Shown here: positions 39,011 through 48,443 of the stretch, piece by piece
Position numbering within the stretch: the stretch's first letter is position 1
How the letters are laid out: each line of letters opens with the position of its first letter
NCBI GenBank assembly: GCA_021780535.1
Contig: JAJXYN010000012.1
Coordinates: 69,688-133,687 of the forward strand
Origin: a bacterium
GTDB lineage: Bacteria; Patescibacteriota; Patescibacteriia; JAGPKW01
Length of the DNA stretch: 64,000 nucleotides
Direction: 5' to 3'
Made by a program: the position numbers and the translations under genes
Notes under the pieces: model-generated
The model's database searches: none
Told to the model about the DNA's origin: nothing
What the model saw: the letters and a program-made list of their open reading frames with translations, nothing else

Positions 39011-40897
39011 ATGTTTTTAACAAAATTAATAATAATAAATAACAAAAGTTGCAAAAGAGTAATTTTAGAACCATCTAAGGATGAGCCAGAAATTTTGATT
39101 GGTATAAACGATTGCGGAAAGTCTACAATTTTAAAGTCTTTAGATTTATTTTTTGATGAGAAAAAAAATTTTAGTTTTATTAAAGAAGATCAACAAAAAA
39201 ATGATCTTTCAAACTCTCCTTTAAACAACTTAGAAATCAATGAATTATTAGAAGAAAATAAGTATCCAAGTTTTTTTGAGTATTCTGGTGATGTTATTAT
39301 CGTTATTTGTCAATTTGAGGTAGAAGAAAATGATTTAAAAAATAATGAATTTCAAGAAAGTTCAAAAAATGCTCATTTAAAATGGAGTATTATTGATAAT
39401 AAAATAAATTTAATGCGTGTATTTCATAATTCTGAACAAGGATCACAGAATTTGAGCGGGTATTATTTACTAACTAATGATTATAAAGATAATGAAAGTT
39501 ATTTAGAGTTATGGAATAAGCCAGCTAAAGAATTAACAGAAATTAAGAAAAAATTTAATATTGATAATAAAGATGTAGATAATGAAAATAATGTTGGTCG
39601 TTTAAAGAATATTGAAAATATAGAGGCAATTTATAAAAAAATGCCTACCTTATGTATGAAATGGTCTAAATATAGTGATTTTTCAAAAGATAAAACATTC
39701 TACCCAAATTTTAAATATTTGGATTGGAATTTTTCTTTAAAGGAATTAGAAGATATAGCTACTGAGGCAATGAATAAGGTGACAGAACCACTACTTCAAG
39801 AGATAAGACAGTTGGTTTCTGAAAAACAATCCGAAGCTATAATCGGTGTTAATAATGAATTTGCTAGTATGATGGGAGATTTGAAAGATGATCTACCTAA
39901 GTGTGTAAAAAAAATTAGCTCATCAGTATTTTTTGATGTAAGTCAAAAGGTTACTGATATAAAACTAGAAAAAGAAAATGTTGATGGAGAAATACATATA
40001 GATAATCAAGGAGAGGGCATAAAGAGGCAGATTTGGTTTGCGTTGTTAAAGTGGCGTAGTAAATTAATATCTAATGAAAATAAATCAAATAAATATGTTT
40101 GGTGTTTTGATGAACCAGAAACACATTTATATCCTGCCGCACAAAGGCAACTCTTTGAGACATTAAAAGAAATGTGTAGTAATGAATTTCAAATATTATT
40201 GAGCACACACTCAACAATTTTTATAGATAGAACAAAAATTAGTGATGTTAAGCAAGTAACTTTAGAAGGTGGTTACTCAACTATTTATAAAAGCGATAAC
40301 TCAACAGATCTTTTTAATTGTTTGGGTATAAAAAATAGTGATTTTTTGTTTTTTGATAAGTTTTTAGCCGTAGAAGGCTTTACTGAGTATGGTTTAATTC
40401 CATATTTGTATCAGTTGAAATATTCTAGGTCATTATTAAATGATGGAATACAAATCATCAACTTAAAAGGGGAAGACCAATATTTAAATAATAAAGGTAT
40501 CTTAGAAAATATTTTATCTGATTTTCAGAAGACTAGTGATAAAATTTTTTATTTATTTGATAATGATACAGGAATGTCTGGCGACAATATTTTTACTTCT
40601 GGCACTTATGATATAGAAGATTCTATTGAAAATAATATTTGGATTGAATTTGTAAAAGATAATTGTGATATAGATATAACGGAAGATATTTTGAATAATG
40701 ATATAAGAAAAAAATTAGAAAACAAGAATGGTAAAAAATTTTATAAGTTACTTGGAGATTATGTAGTAAAAAATTTAAAAGATGAAAAATATTTGCCATC
40801 TAAAGCTAGATCGGGTTATTTGTTAACTAAGTATTTTAAAGACATTAAAGATATTCCTAAAAAAATTGATAACCTTTTTAACGCATTAAGTTCTTAA
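39011..40897 (+). CDS. OLD-family ATP-dependent nuclease (ABC ATPase + TOPRIM)
   Basis: GINDCGKST, QGEG, FDEPETHLYP, STHS, VEGFTE and FDND. Confidence 0.85.
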   Translation: MFLTKLIIINNKSCKRVILEPSKDEPEILIGINDCGKSTILKSLDLFFDEKKNFSFIKEDQQKNDLSNSPLNNLEINELLEENKYPSFFEYSGDVIIVICQFEVEENDLKNNEFQESSKNAHLKWSIIDNKINLMRVFHNSEQGSQNLSGYYLLTNDYKDNESYLELWNKPAKELTEIKKKFNIDNKDVDNENNVGRLKNIENIEAIYKKMPTLCMKWSKYSDFSKDKTFYPNFKYLDWNFSLKELEDIATEAMNKVTEPLLQEIRQLVSEKQSEAIIGVNNEFASMMGDLKDDLPKCVKKISSSVFFDVSQKVTDIKLEKENVDGEIHIDNQGEGIKRQIWFALLKWRSKLISNENKSNKYVWCFDEPETHLYPAAQRQLFETLKEMCSNEFQILLSTHSTIFIDRTKISDVKQVTLEGGYSTIYKSDNSTDLFNCLGIKNSDFLFFDKFLAVEGFTEYGLIPYLYQLKYSRSLLNDGIQIINLKGEDQYLNNKGILENILSDFQKTSDKIFYLFDNDTGMSGDNIFTSGTYDIEDSIENNIWIEFVKDNCDIDITEDILNNDIRKKLENKNGKKFYKLLGDYVVKNLKDEKYLPSKARSGYLLTKYFKDIKDIPKKIDNLFNALSS

Positions 40898-41160
40898 TAT
40901 AATTTGTACACAATAATTGTTCAAATATTTCTCTAAAACTAAACAAAAAAGCACTTATACACAGTGCTTTTTTTGTTGGTTCTAAGATGAATTTTCAGAA
41001 ATTTAATAAGATTTTAATTAGAAAATTAATAATTTGTTCATCACCACTATGTTATAGTTTCTTTTGTTAAAAACTTAATAGAAGGGGATTTAAAAATATT
41101 ATTTTAAGACATAAGGAAATCTTAAAATAGTGATTTTAATTAAAAATGGTTTGTAATTTC

Positions 41161-41352
41161 TTATTTTTTCTTTTCTTTGGCTTCTGGAAATACTTTTAAG
41201 AAATCATCTTCATTTACTACTACGATTTCTTTTTTTATTTCTCTTTTTGAGGCTTTTAGTTCTTTTGATAAGACTTTTCTTCTTATTGTTTCATAATGTA
41301 CGCCGTATTTTTTTGATAATTCTAGTAGAGTATATTCTTTATTATCGGACAT
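41161..41352 (-). CDS. HTH excisionase-like protein
   Basis: YTLLELSKKYGVHYETIRRKV..KELKASK; divergent from the integrase. Confidence 0.75.
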   Translation of the reverse strand: MSDNKEYTLLELSKKYGVHYETIRRKVLSKELKASKREIKKEIVVVNEDDFLKVFPEAKEKKK

Positions 41353-41575
41353 TTGATTTTTTGTTTATCTGATTTTATTAGATGTAATATATATTTTATC
41401 AGTAATTTTGGCTAATATAAATACTTTTTGAAATATGTTGATAGGTCTATTGTGTATCAATACACATTATGATATAATTTTTACATAAGAGATTGCTGAC
41501 CATTTTAAAAGTGGTTGGTATTTTTATTTTTTTAAATATTAAATACTGACAATATCTAATAATTAACTTAAAAAA

Positions 41576-42505
41576 ATGGCAGAAATTATTAATATTGATA
41601 AGAGTAATATTAAAATAGTAAATGATTTTTTAGATTGGTTGGCTATCGGACATTCTTTGGAAACAGTTGATTCATATAAGTGGCCTTTGAGATTATTTTG
41701 TAAATGGTTATCTGGCAAAGAAAAAAATGTTATTGATATGAAAGAAAAAGATTTTGTAGCCTTTCATTTATTTTTAAAAGAAGACAGGCAGGTAAAAAAT
41801 TCAACGATGGCTCATTATTTTACATCTATTAGAACACTTTGGAGATATATGTATAGAAATGAAATGGTAAATTATGGTGATGATAAAATTCCAATGCCAA
41901 AAGCTGATGATAAACAATCTTATCCTTATGCGGAAGAGGCTGATATAAATAAAATACTTGATTCATTTAGGGGCTGGGATATAAAAGATATTAGAGATAA
42001 AGCTATTGTTTCTTTATTGTATAAGACAGGTTTAAGAATAGGAGAGTTGAGAAGTCTTGATATTTCTGATGTTGATTTAGAATTTAAAAAAGCTACTGTT
42101 CAAACTGAAAAAAGGATAGGACACAAAAGAGAAATTTATTGGGATGATAAAACAAATGAATTTTTAAAAAACTGGATAGATACAAGAGAAGAATTTTTAC
42201 TACAAGAAAGACGATCAGAAAATGCTTTATTTATAGGTATGACAATGGGTAGTAAAGATAAAAGAATAGATAGATCAACAGTACAAAAGATGTTTAGAAA
42301 AAAAAGAGATGAGTTAGGAATAAATAAAAAACTAACACCACATTCTTGCAGACATGGATTCGGACATAGAGCAGTAGAAAAGAATGTAAATATTAGATAT
42401 CTTCAAGTAATGCTTGGGCATTCAAAAATAGACACAACAATGATTTATATGGGTTGTAAAAATAAAGACGTAGAAACTGCTTATAGACAATTAATGTTCG
42501 CTTAG
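41576..42505 (+). CDS. Tyrosine integrase (XerC/D-like)
   Basis: SAM-like N-domain, TGLRIGE, TPHSCRH, LGHS and TTMIY; adjacent to the right att core. Confidence 0.92.
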   Translation: MAEIINIDKSNIKIVNDFLDWLAIGHSLETVDSYKWPLRLFCKWLSGKEKNVIDMKEKDFVAFHLFLKEDRQVKNSTMAHYFTSIRTLWRYMYRNEMVNYGDDKIPMPKADDKQSYPYAEEADINKILDSFRGWDIKDIRDKAIVSLLYKTGLRIGELRSLDISDVDLEFKKATVQTEKRIGHKREIYWDDKTNEFLKNWIDTREEFLLQERRSENALFIGMTMGSKDKRIDRSTVQKMFRKKRDELGINKKLTPHSCRHGFGHRAVEKNVNIRYLQVMLGHSKIDTTMIYMGCKNKDVETAYRQLMFA

Positions 42506-42682
42506 ACTAATCAAAAGAAGTTCCTAAAAAACTTCTTTTTGGTTTAAAAATATAAATACTGTTGTGGTAAAAGTTAATCTCCACAATTAAATTTTACAAA
42601 ATATTTAGTAGTTGATATAATGAAAAGAATTAAATATCTCTTAGGTTTAAAAATACTTATTGGAATAACAGCAATGACGAAA

Positions 42683-42765
42683 CCCCAATGGGCAAAAAGA
42701 TAATTTTCTGTTTATTTTTTCTATCATAGTAAAAACAATTCTGAGAAATCGGAATTGTTTTTTTG
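42683..42765 (+). other. Displaced original rpsI 3' end (attR) and its terminator
   Basis: Encodes PQWAKR*, followed by AAAAACAATTCTGA-GAAA-TCGGAATTGTTTTTT. Confidence 0.85.
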
Positions 42766-42989
42766 TTTTATCTTATCAATTTATGATTTGCTGAAATTTT
42801 AAGATTGCAGTGATTTTTTCATCTTCATTTTTTTAAGTTTTCACACATACATGTGTTCGAATTAAAAATAATGAAGCATGAAAAAACACTATTAATGTTT
42901 TTGGAATAGATTGTTATTTATTTGAATTAATCCTCTATATCGTGTTATATTTATTATAATAATACTAACTAATATTTAAATATAAAAAC

Positions 42990-43250
42990 ATGGAAGAAGA
43001 AAAAGCATCTAACACAACTGCGACTAATGAAGAATGTTGTAAGGATAATTGTTGTAGTGAAAATTATAAAAAATATAAGCATGGTAATGCTAATGGTGGT
43101 GGAGCTATTTATGGTTTAGGTTTTATTGGAGCCGCTATTTATTTTATTGGTCATGCTGCAACTTTTGGTCTTGGAATTCTTGGTTTTTTAAAAGCTATTG
43201 TTTGGCCAGCTTTTGTTATTTATAAGCTTTTAGAATTTTTTCATTTATAG
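42990..43250 (+). CDS. Small membrane protein
   Basis: Cys-rich N-terminus, YGLGFIGAAIYFI, KAIVWPAF. Confidence 0.75.
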   Translation: MEEEKASNTTATNEECCKDNCCSENYKKYKHGNANGGGAIYGLGFIGAAIYFIGHAATFGLGILGFLKAIVWPAFVIYKLLEFFHL

Positions 43251-43322
43251 AAATTAATTAAAAATACCTTTCTATTAAAATAGTTTGGTGTTTTTATTTT
43301 TTGTGATAATATTTAGTTTGTT

Positions 43323-43673
43323 ATGAAAGGCAAAAAACTTAGAAAAATTATTCATAAAGCTAGATTACAAGCTAAGTTGGAATTTGAAAATTCTGATGGT
43401 TTTGATATTGGTTTTGATCAAAATTCTGATGTTAATGATTGCTTGGATTTGCATGGTCATACAAAAAGAGAGGCTCAATTTCTTGTTGATGATTTTATTT
43501 CTTTTGCTGTTTCTAATAATTTTTCTAAAATTAGAATAATAACTGGGATTGGAGAGGATGGTTATAGTGTTTTAAAAAATTTTATTTATGATTATTTAAA
43601 AGAAAATGATTATAAATTTAATAAATCTCCACATAATAGAGGAGGAGATGGGGCGGTGGATATTTATTTATAG
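43323..43673 (+). CDS. Smr/MutS2 C-terminal domain protein
   Basis: LDLHG, IITGIG, GGDGA. Confidence 0.9.
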   Translation: MKGKKLRKIIHKARLQAKLEFENSDGFDIGFDQNSDVNDCLDLHGHTKREAQFLVDDFISFAVSNNFSKIRIITGIGEDGYSVLKNFIYDYLKENDYKFNKSPHNRGGDGAVDIYL

Positions 43674-43844
43674 AATGAACGAGAATGAATGAAGATGAAT
43701 GAGATTTGAACACAAAAGTGTTTCAATTTGAATAGGTGTTGTTTATAGTGTAAGATTTATATTATGGAAATATAGAAATATTAAAATATTTAAAAGTTGC
43801 TTCTTTTTAATATTTTAATATTTTAATATTTTAATTTGTATTCT

Positions 43845-45116
43845 ATGCTTGATATTAAATTTATTATTGAAAACCAAGAACTGGTAAAACAGAACTGTAT
43901 TAATAGACTTTCTAAGGTTGATGTTGATTTGTTGTTGTCTAAATATGAAGAGAGATTAAGTATTCTAAAAAAAATTGAATTATTACAAGCTGAGAGAAAT
44001 AAAAATTCTAAGACAAAACCTACTTTAGAAATTATTGAAGAAATAAAAAAGAAAAATTTAGAGATTGAAGAATTACAACCTAAATTAAATATTTTGGAAT
44101 CTGAGGTTAGAGAATTATTGTTGCAAGTGCCAAATATGACTCACAAAGATGTTTTTGTTAGTTTTAATGAAGATGAAAATCCTGTTCTTGAGATTTGTGG
44201 GGAACCTACTAAATTTGATTTTATTCCTAAAGATCATGTTGAACTTGCTGAATCTTTGGATTTGATAGATTTTGATAGAGGTACTAAAGTTGCTGGAGCT
44301 AAATTTTACTATTTAAAAAATGAATTAGCTCTTTTGGAATTTGCATTAACTCAATATGCGCTTGAAGTTTGTGTTAATAGAGGGTTTACTCCATTTGTAA
44401 CTCCAGATTTGGCTAAAAAAGAAATTTTAGAAGGTTTAGGATTTCAACCAAGAGGAGAATCTACACAGATTTATAGTATTGAAAATTCTGATTTATGTTT
44501 AGTTGGAACTGCTGAAATTACTATGGGTGGTTATCATGCAAATGAAGTTTTAGATGAAAAAATTTTACCACTTAAATATGCTGCAGTTTCTCATTGTTTT
44601 AGAACTGAAGCTGGTGCTGCTTCTAAATTTTCAAAAGGTATTTTTAGAGTTCATCAATTTAGTAAAATTGAAATGTTTGCTTACACAACTCCAGAAACAA
44701 GTGAATCTATTCATAAAGAATTACTTGAAATAGAAAAAGAAATTTTTAAAGGATTAAAAATCCCTTTTAGAGTTATTGATCACTGCACTGCTGATCTTGG
44801 TGGGCCATCTATTAGAACTTATGATTTAGAAGCTTGGATGCCTGGAAAACCAAAATCTGACGGGGTTATGGGAAATTGGGGTGAAATAACTTCAACATCT
44901 AATTGTACTGATTTTCAAGCAAGGGGTTTAAATATTAAATATAAAAAAGAAGATGGATCAAAGGAATTTATCCATACTTTAAATGGAACTGCTATATCTA
45001 TGGCTAGAGCTTTGATTTGTATAATGGAAAATAACCAAACGAAAGATGGGGAAATAATAATACCAGAAGTGTTGAGAAAATATTTGAATGGAAGAGAAAA
45101 AATAAGTAGAAAATAA
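43845..45116 (+). CDS. serS: Serine--tRNA ligase
   Basis: MLDIKFI, GTAE, FRTEAG, RVHQFSKIEMF, HTLNGT. Confidence 0.97.
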   Translation: MLDIKFIIENQELVKQNCINRLSKVDVDLLLSKYEERLSILKKIELLQAERNKNSKTKPTLEIIEEIKKKNLEIEELQPKLNILESEVRELLLQVPNMTHKDVFVSFNEDENPVLEICGEPTKFDFIPKDHVELAESLDLIDFDRGTKVAGAKFYYLKNELALLEFALTQYALEVCVNRGFTPFVTPDLAKKEILEGLGFQPRGESTQIYSIENSDLCLVGTAEITMGGYHANEVLDEKILPLKYAAVSHCFRTEAGAASKFSKGIFRVHQFSKIEMFAYTTPETSESIHKELLEIEKEIFKGLKIPFRVIDHCTADLGGPSIRTYDLEAWMPGKPKSDGVMGNWGEITSTSNCTDFQARGLNIKYKKEDGSKEFIHTLNGTAISMARALICIMENNQTKDGEIIIPEVLRKYLNGREKISRK

Positions 45117-45119
45117 ATT

Positions 45120-46130
45120 ATGTTTATAAAGAAAATTGGAATTGATCTTGGTACTATTAATACTTTAGTTTTTGTTCCAAAAAAAGGTATTGTTGTGAAC
45201 GAGCCTTCTGTTGTTGCTATTGATACGAAAACAAAAAAACCTATAGCTATAGGAAATGAAGCCAAAGAAATGATAGGAAGAAACCCAGATGAAATAAGAG
45301 TTTTAAAACCATTGAAAGATGGTGTTATTGCTGATTATACTGCTACTGAGGCTATGCTTAGATATTTTATTACCAAAACTACTGGTAATTTTAAATTTAT
45401 TCATCCAGAAATAATGATTTCTGTGCCTTCTTGTATTACATCTACCGAGAAAAAGGCTGTTATTGATGCTACTATTTCTGCTGGAGCTAAGTCAGCTTAT
45501 ATTATTAAAGAATCTATAGCATCTGCTATTGGTGCTGGTATTCCTGTTGCAGAGGCTTCTGGTCACATGATTATTGATATTGGTGGAGGAACGAGTGAAA
45601 TTGCTGTTATATCTCTCGGTGGTATAGTTGTTTCTCATTCTATTAAAATAGCTGGAAATAAATTTGATAGTGCTATTATTGATTATATTAAAAAAAATTA
45701 TAATTTTTCTATAGGCGAAAGAACCGCTGAAATTGTTAAAATTAAGGTTGGTAGTGCTTTATTTTCTAAAGAAAAACTAACTACCGAAATTACTGGTATA
45801 GATGTTGTGTCTGGTTTGCCTAAAGTTTTTACTGTTAATTCTGATGATGTTACTTTTGCTATACAAGAAGAACTGAAAGCTATAATTGAAGCTATAAAAA
45901 AAGTTTTGCATGATATTCCACCAGAATTATCTTCTGACATTATGGAGAATGGTATAGTTCTTGCTGGTGGTAGTTCTTTGGTTAGAAATATTGATAAATT
46001 ATTTTGTAATGCTCTTGGTATAAAAGTTAGAGTTGCGGAAAACCCTTTGCTTTGTGTTGTAAAAGGTATTAGTATAGTATTAGATCATTTAAATATGTAT
46101 AAAAAAAGTATATTTAGTGGCAGGGGATAA
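45120..46130 (+). CDS. mreB: MreB/Mbl rod shape-determining protein
   Basis: GIDLGT, NEPSVVA, PLKDGVIAD, DIGGGTSE. Confidence 0.95.
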   Translation: MFIKKIGIDLGTINTLVFVPKKGIVVNEPSVVAIDTKTKKPIAIGNEAKEMIGRNPDEIRVLKPLKDGVIADYTATEAMLRYFITKTTGNFKFIHPEIMISVPSCITSTEKKAVIDATISAGAKSAYIIKESIASAIGAGIPVAEASGHMIIDIGGGTSEIAVISLGGIVVSHSIKIAGNKFDSAIIDYIKKNYNFSIGERTAEIVKIKVGSALFSKEKLTTEITGIDVVSGLPKVFTVNSDDVTFAIQEELKAIIEAIKKVLHDIPPELSSDIMENGIVLAGGSSLVRNIDKLFCNALGIKVRVAENPLLCVVKGISIVLDHLNMYKKSIFSGRG

Positions 46131-46164
46131 TTTGAAAAAAAGCGAGAAAAAATACAAAACAAAT

Positions 46165-47328
46165 ATGAAAATTGCTATTGATGCCTCTCGTGCTAATCTT
46201 GAAAAAAAGACTGGTGTTGAGTGGTATTCTCATAATTTGATACAAGCTTTGAAGAACATAGACAAAGAAAATCAATATTTTTTATATTCTCAAAATGAAT
46301 TAAAAAATGATTTATCTAATTTGCCTGATAATTTTTATACAAGAGTTCTTGCTTGGAATCGTAAAAAATTTTGGACCCAATTAAAATTGTGGTGGCATGT
46401 TAATTATGATAAAAATCGTGTCTTGTTTGTTCCTTCTGGGATGATACCTGTTATTCCTTTTAGAACTTTTAAACTTGTTACGACTATACACGATGTTTGT
46501 TTTCTTGATCATCCAGAATATTATTCAAAAAAAGATTTAATTATGCAAAAAATAGCATTTAGATTAGGTGTTTTTTTTGCAAATAAAATTATAACTGTAT
46601 CAGAATTTTCAAAACAACAAATTATAAAATATTCTAATTGTCGTCCCGGTAAAATTTTTGTTACTCATTTAGGATATGATAAAAATATATATAAAAAAAT
46701 AAATAATAACGACTTTTTTGATAGAATAAAAAAGAAATACTCTTTGCCAGATAAATTTATCCTTTTTATTGGAAGAATTGAGGAAAAGAAAAATATTTTG
46801 AATCAAGTGAAAGCATTTGTTAAATTTAATCAAAAATATTTGGATTATAAGTTTGTTTTGATAGGTAAACCAGGATATGGTTATGATTCTATTAAAACCG
46901 AAATATTTGAACAAAATTTACAAAAAAATTTAATAGAATTAGGTTATGTAAATAAAGACGAAATAGCTCCAATTATAAATATGGCATCTGTATTTCTTTT
47001 TGTTTCTAATTATGAAGGTTTTGGGATACCTATTGTAGAGGCTATGAAATGTGGTACTCCTGTAATAACTTCAAATATGACATCTATGCCAGAAGTTGCC
47101 GGAGATGCCGCATTATACTCTGAGCCAAATAATATTTTGAAAATTAGTGAAAATCTTTGTAATGTGATAGAAAATAAAGATGGCATAAGGGATGAACTTA
47201 TTTTAAAAGGATTTGAAAGAGCCTCTTTGTTTGATTGGGAAAAATGTGCAAGAGAAACATTGTTTGTTTTAAAACAATTAAGAAAAAAAACTTTACGAGA
47301 ATGGATTGCAGAAAAAACTAAAAGATAA
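46165..47328 (+). CDS. Glycosyltransferase family 4
   Basis: MKIAID, KTGVEWY, TIHD, YEGFGIPIVEAM; start placed at the ATG at 46165. Confidence 0.9.
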   Translation: MKIAIDASRANLEKKTGVEWYSHNLIQALKNIDKENQYFLYSQNELKNDLSNLPDNFYTRVLAWNRKKFWTQLKLWWHVNYDKNRVLFVPSGMIPVIPFRTFKLVTTIHDVCFLDHPEYYSKKDLIMQKIAFRLGVFFANKIITVSEFSKQQIIKYSNCRPGKIFVTHLGYDKNIYKKINNNDFFDRIKKKYSLPDKFILFIGRIEEKKNILNQVKAFVKFNQKYLDYKFVLIGKPGYGYDSIKTEIFEQNLQKNLIELGYVNKDEIAPIINMASVFLFVSNYEGFGIPIVEAMKCGTPVITSNMTSMPEVAGDAALYSEPNNILKISENLCNVIENKDGIRDELILKGFERASLFDWEKCARETLFVLKQLRKKTLREWIAEKTKR

Positions 47329-47391
47329 TATTTTTTATTTTGATTTAATAAAAATTAAAAATACGAGATTTTTATAACCTTGTATTTTTTT

Positions 47392-47418
47392 TGCACCATT
47401 TTGTTAATATTATTCGTA
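47392..47418 (+). promoter_or_regulatory. Candidate ECF-sigma promoter
   Basis: TGCACC-N17-CGTA upstream of the operon that ends in the ECF sigma gene; resembles the TGAAAC-N16-CGTA class. Confidence 0.4.
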
Positions 47419-47457
47419 TTAATTAATATATGAAATAATTTAATAAATTATAAAATC

Positions 47458-47853
47458 ATGCAAAATTTAATAAATTTATATAAAACCCCATCAGATTTAT
47501 ATCAAAAAGTTTTAAATAGAATAGAAAACGAGAAAAATATTGCCATAATAAAGAAAAGACTAATAGTATCTTCTGTTGTTTTTAGTATAGCAATAACTTG
47601 TTTTGTGTTTTCTATATTATTCTTTTTAACGGCTGCTTCTCAAAGTGGCTTTTCTCAAATGTTTTCTTTGATATTTTCTGACTTTAACATTATTCCTACA
47701 TACTTTACTAATTTTATTTTGTCTTTACTTGAGAGCTTACCAACATTTAATATAATATTGTCTTTATTGATGGTGTTATTTGTTTCTTCTGTTTCAAGAT
47801 TTTTGACAAAAGATATTAAAAATTTTGTTATTTATTCTCATGTTAAATATTAA
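47458..47853 (+). CDS. Membrane protein, candidate anti-sigma factor
   Basis: P.DLYQKVLNRI N-terminus followed by TM helices. Confidence 0.55.
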   Translation: MQNLINLYKTPSDLYQKVLNRIENEKNIAIIKKRLIVSSVVFSIAITCFVFSILFFLTAASQSGFSQMFSLIFSDFNIIPTYFTNFILSLLESLPTFNIILSLLMVLFVSSVSRFLTKDIKNFVIYSHVKY

Positions 47854-47864
47854 ATTATAATTTT

Positions 47865-48422
47865 ATGGAAAAAAATGAAAAAAATTCAATAATCAATGAT
47901 TTGTTTAATTCAAAAGTTTTTATTATTTCTATGATATCTGTTGCATCTTTAATTCTTCTTTTATTGGTTTTTAGATTAGGTGTTTTTGTTGGTTTTGAGA
48001 AAGCTAGATTTTCTTATAAATGGAGTGATAATTATTATAGAAACTTTGATGGCCCAAGAAATAATTTTAATGAAATGATGCCATCTCCATTTTCTTTTAA
48101 TGGAGATAGATTTATGAATGCTCATGGCGTTTTTGGAGAAATAATTAAAGTGGATACAAATAGTATAGTAATAAAAGATAAAAATAATATTGAAAAAGTT
48201 GTGTCAATTGGATCTGATACTTCAATACGAGAATTTAAAAAAGATATTAAAATAACTGATTTAAAAATAAATGATAAAATTGTTGTTATAGGCGAACCAG
48301 ACTCTACTGGAAATATTATTGCAAAATTTATAAGAATTTTACCAGATAATATGCCAAATCCTCCACAAGATAATACCGCCTTGCCACCTGCTAATATAGA
48401 TCAGAATTCTTTAAATAAATAA
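47865..48422 (+). CDS. Membrane-anchored OB-fold (DUF5666-like) protein
   Basis: TM helix plus G.I......DLK..D...V.G...G.I.A..I. Confidence 0.65.
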   Translation: MEKNEKNSIINDLFNSKVFIISMISVASLILLLLVFRLGVFVGFEKARFSYKWSDNYYRNFDGPRNNFNEMMPSPFSFNGDRFMNAHGVFGEIIKVDTNSIVIKDKNNIEKVVSIGSDTSIREFKKDIKITDLKINDKIVVIGEPDSTGNIIAKFIRILPDNMPNPPQDNTALPPANIDQNSLNK

Positions 48423-48443
48423 AATTGATAATCAAAAATAATT

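Larger units (their letters stand above)
25478..42696. mobile_element. ~17.2 kb prophage-like/integrative element inserted in the rpsI 3' end
   Basis: 11-bp core CAATGGGCAAA at 25478-25488 and 42686-42696. The right copy continues CCC CAA TGG GCA AAA AGA TAA (PQWAKR*). A tyrosine integrase and an HTH gene adjoin the right copy. Confidence 0.9.

Noticed and set aside
39011-40897. Gabija system
   Set aside because: The GajA-like architecture is present but there is no UvrD-type GajB gene nearby.
43674-43835. GAATGAA-like and (TTTTAATA)x4 short repeats before serS
   Set aside because: Simple low-complexity intergenic repeats; no T-box or other structured leader was recognised.
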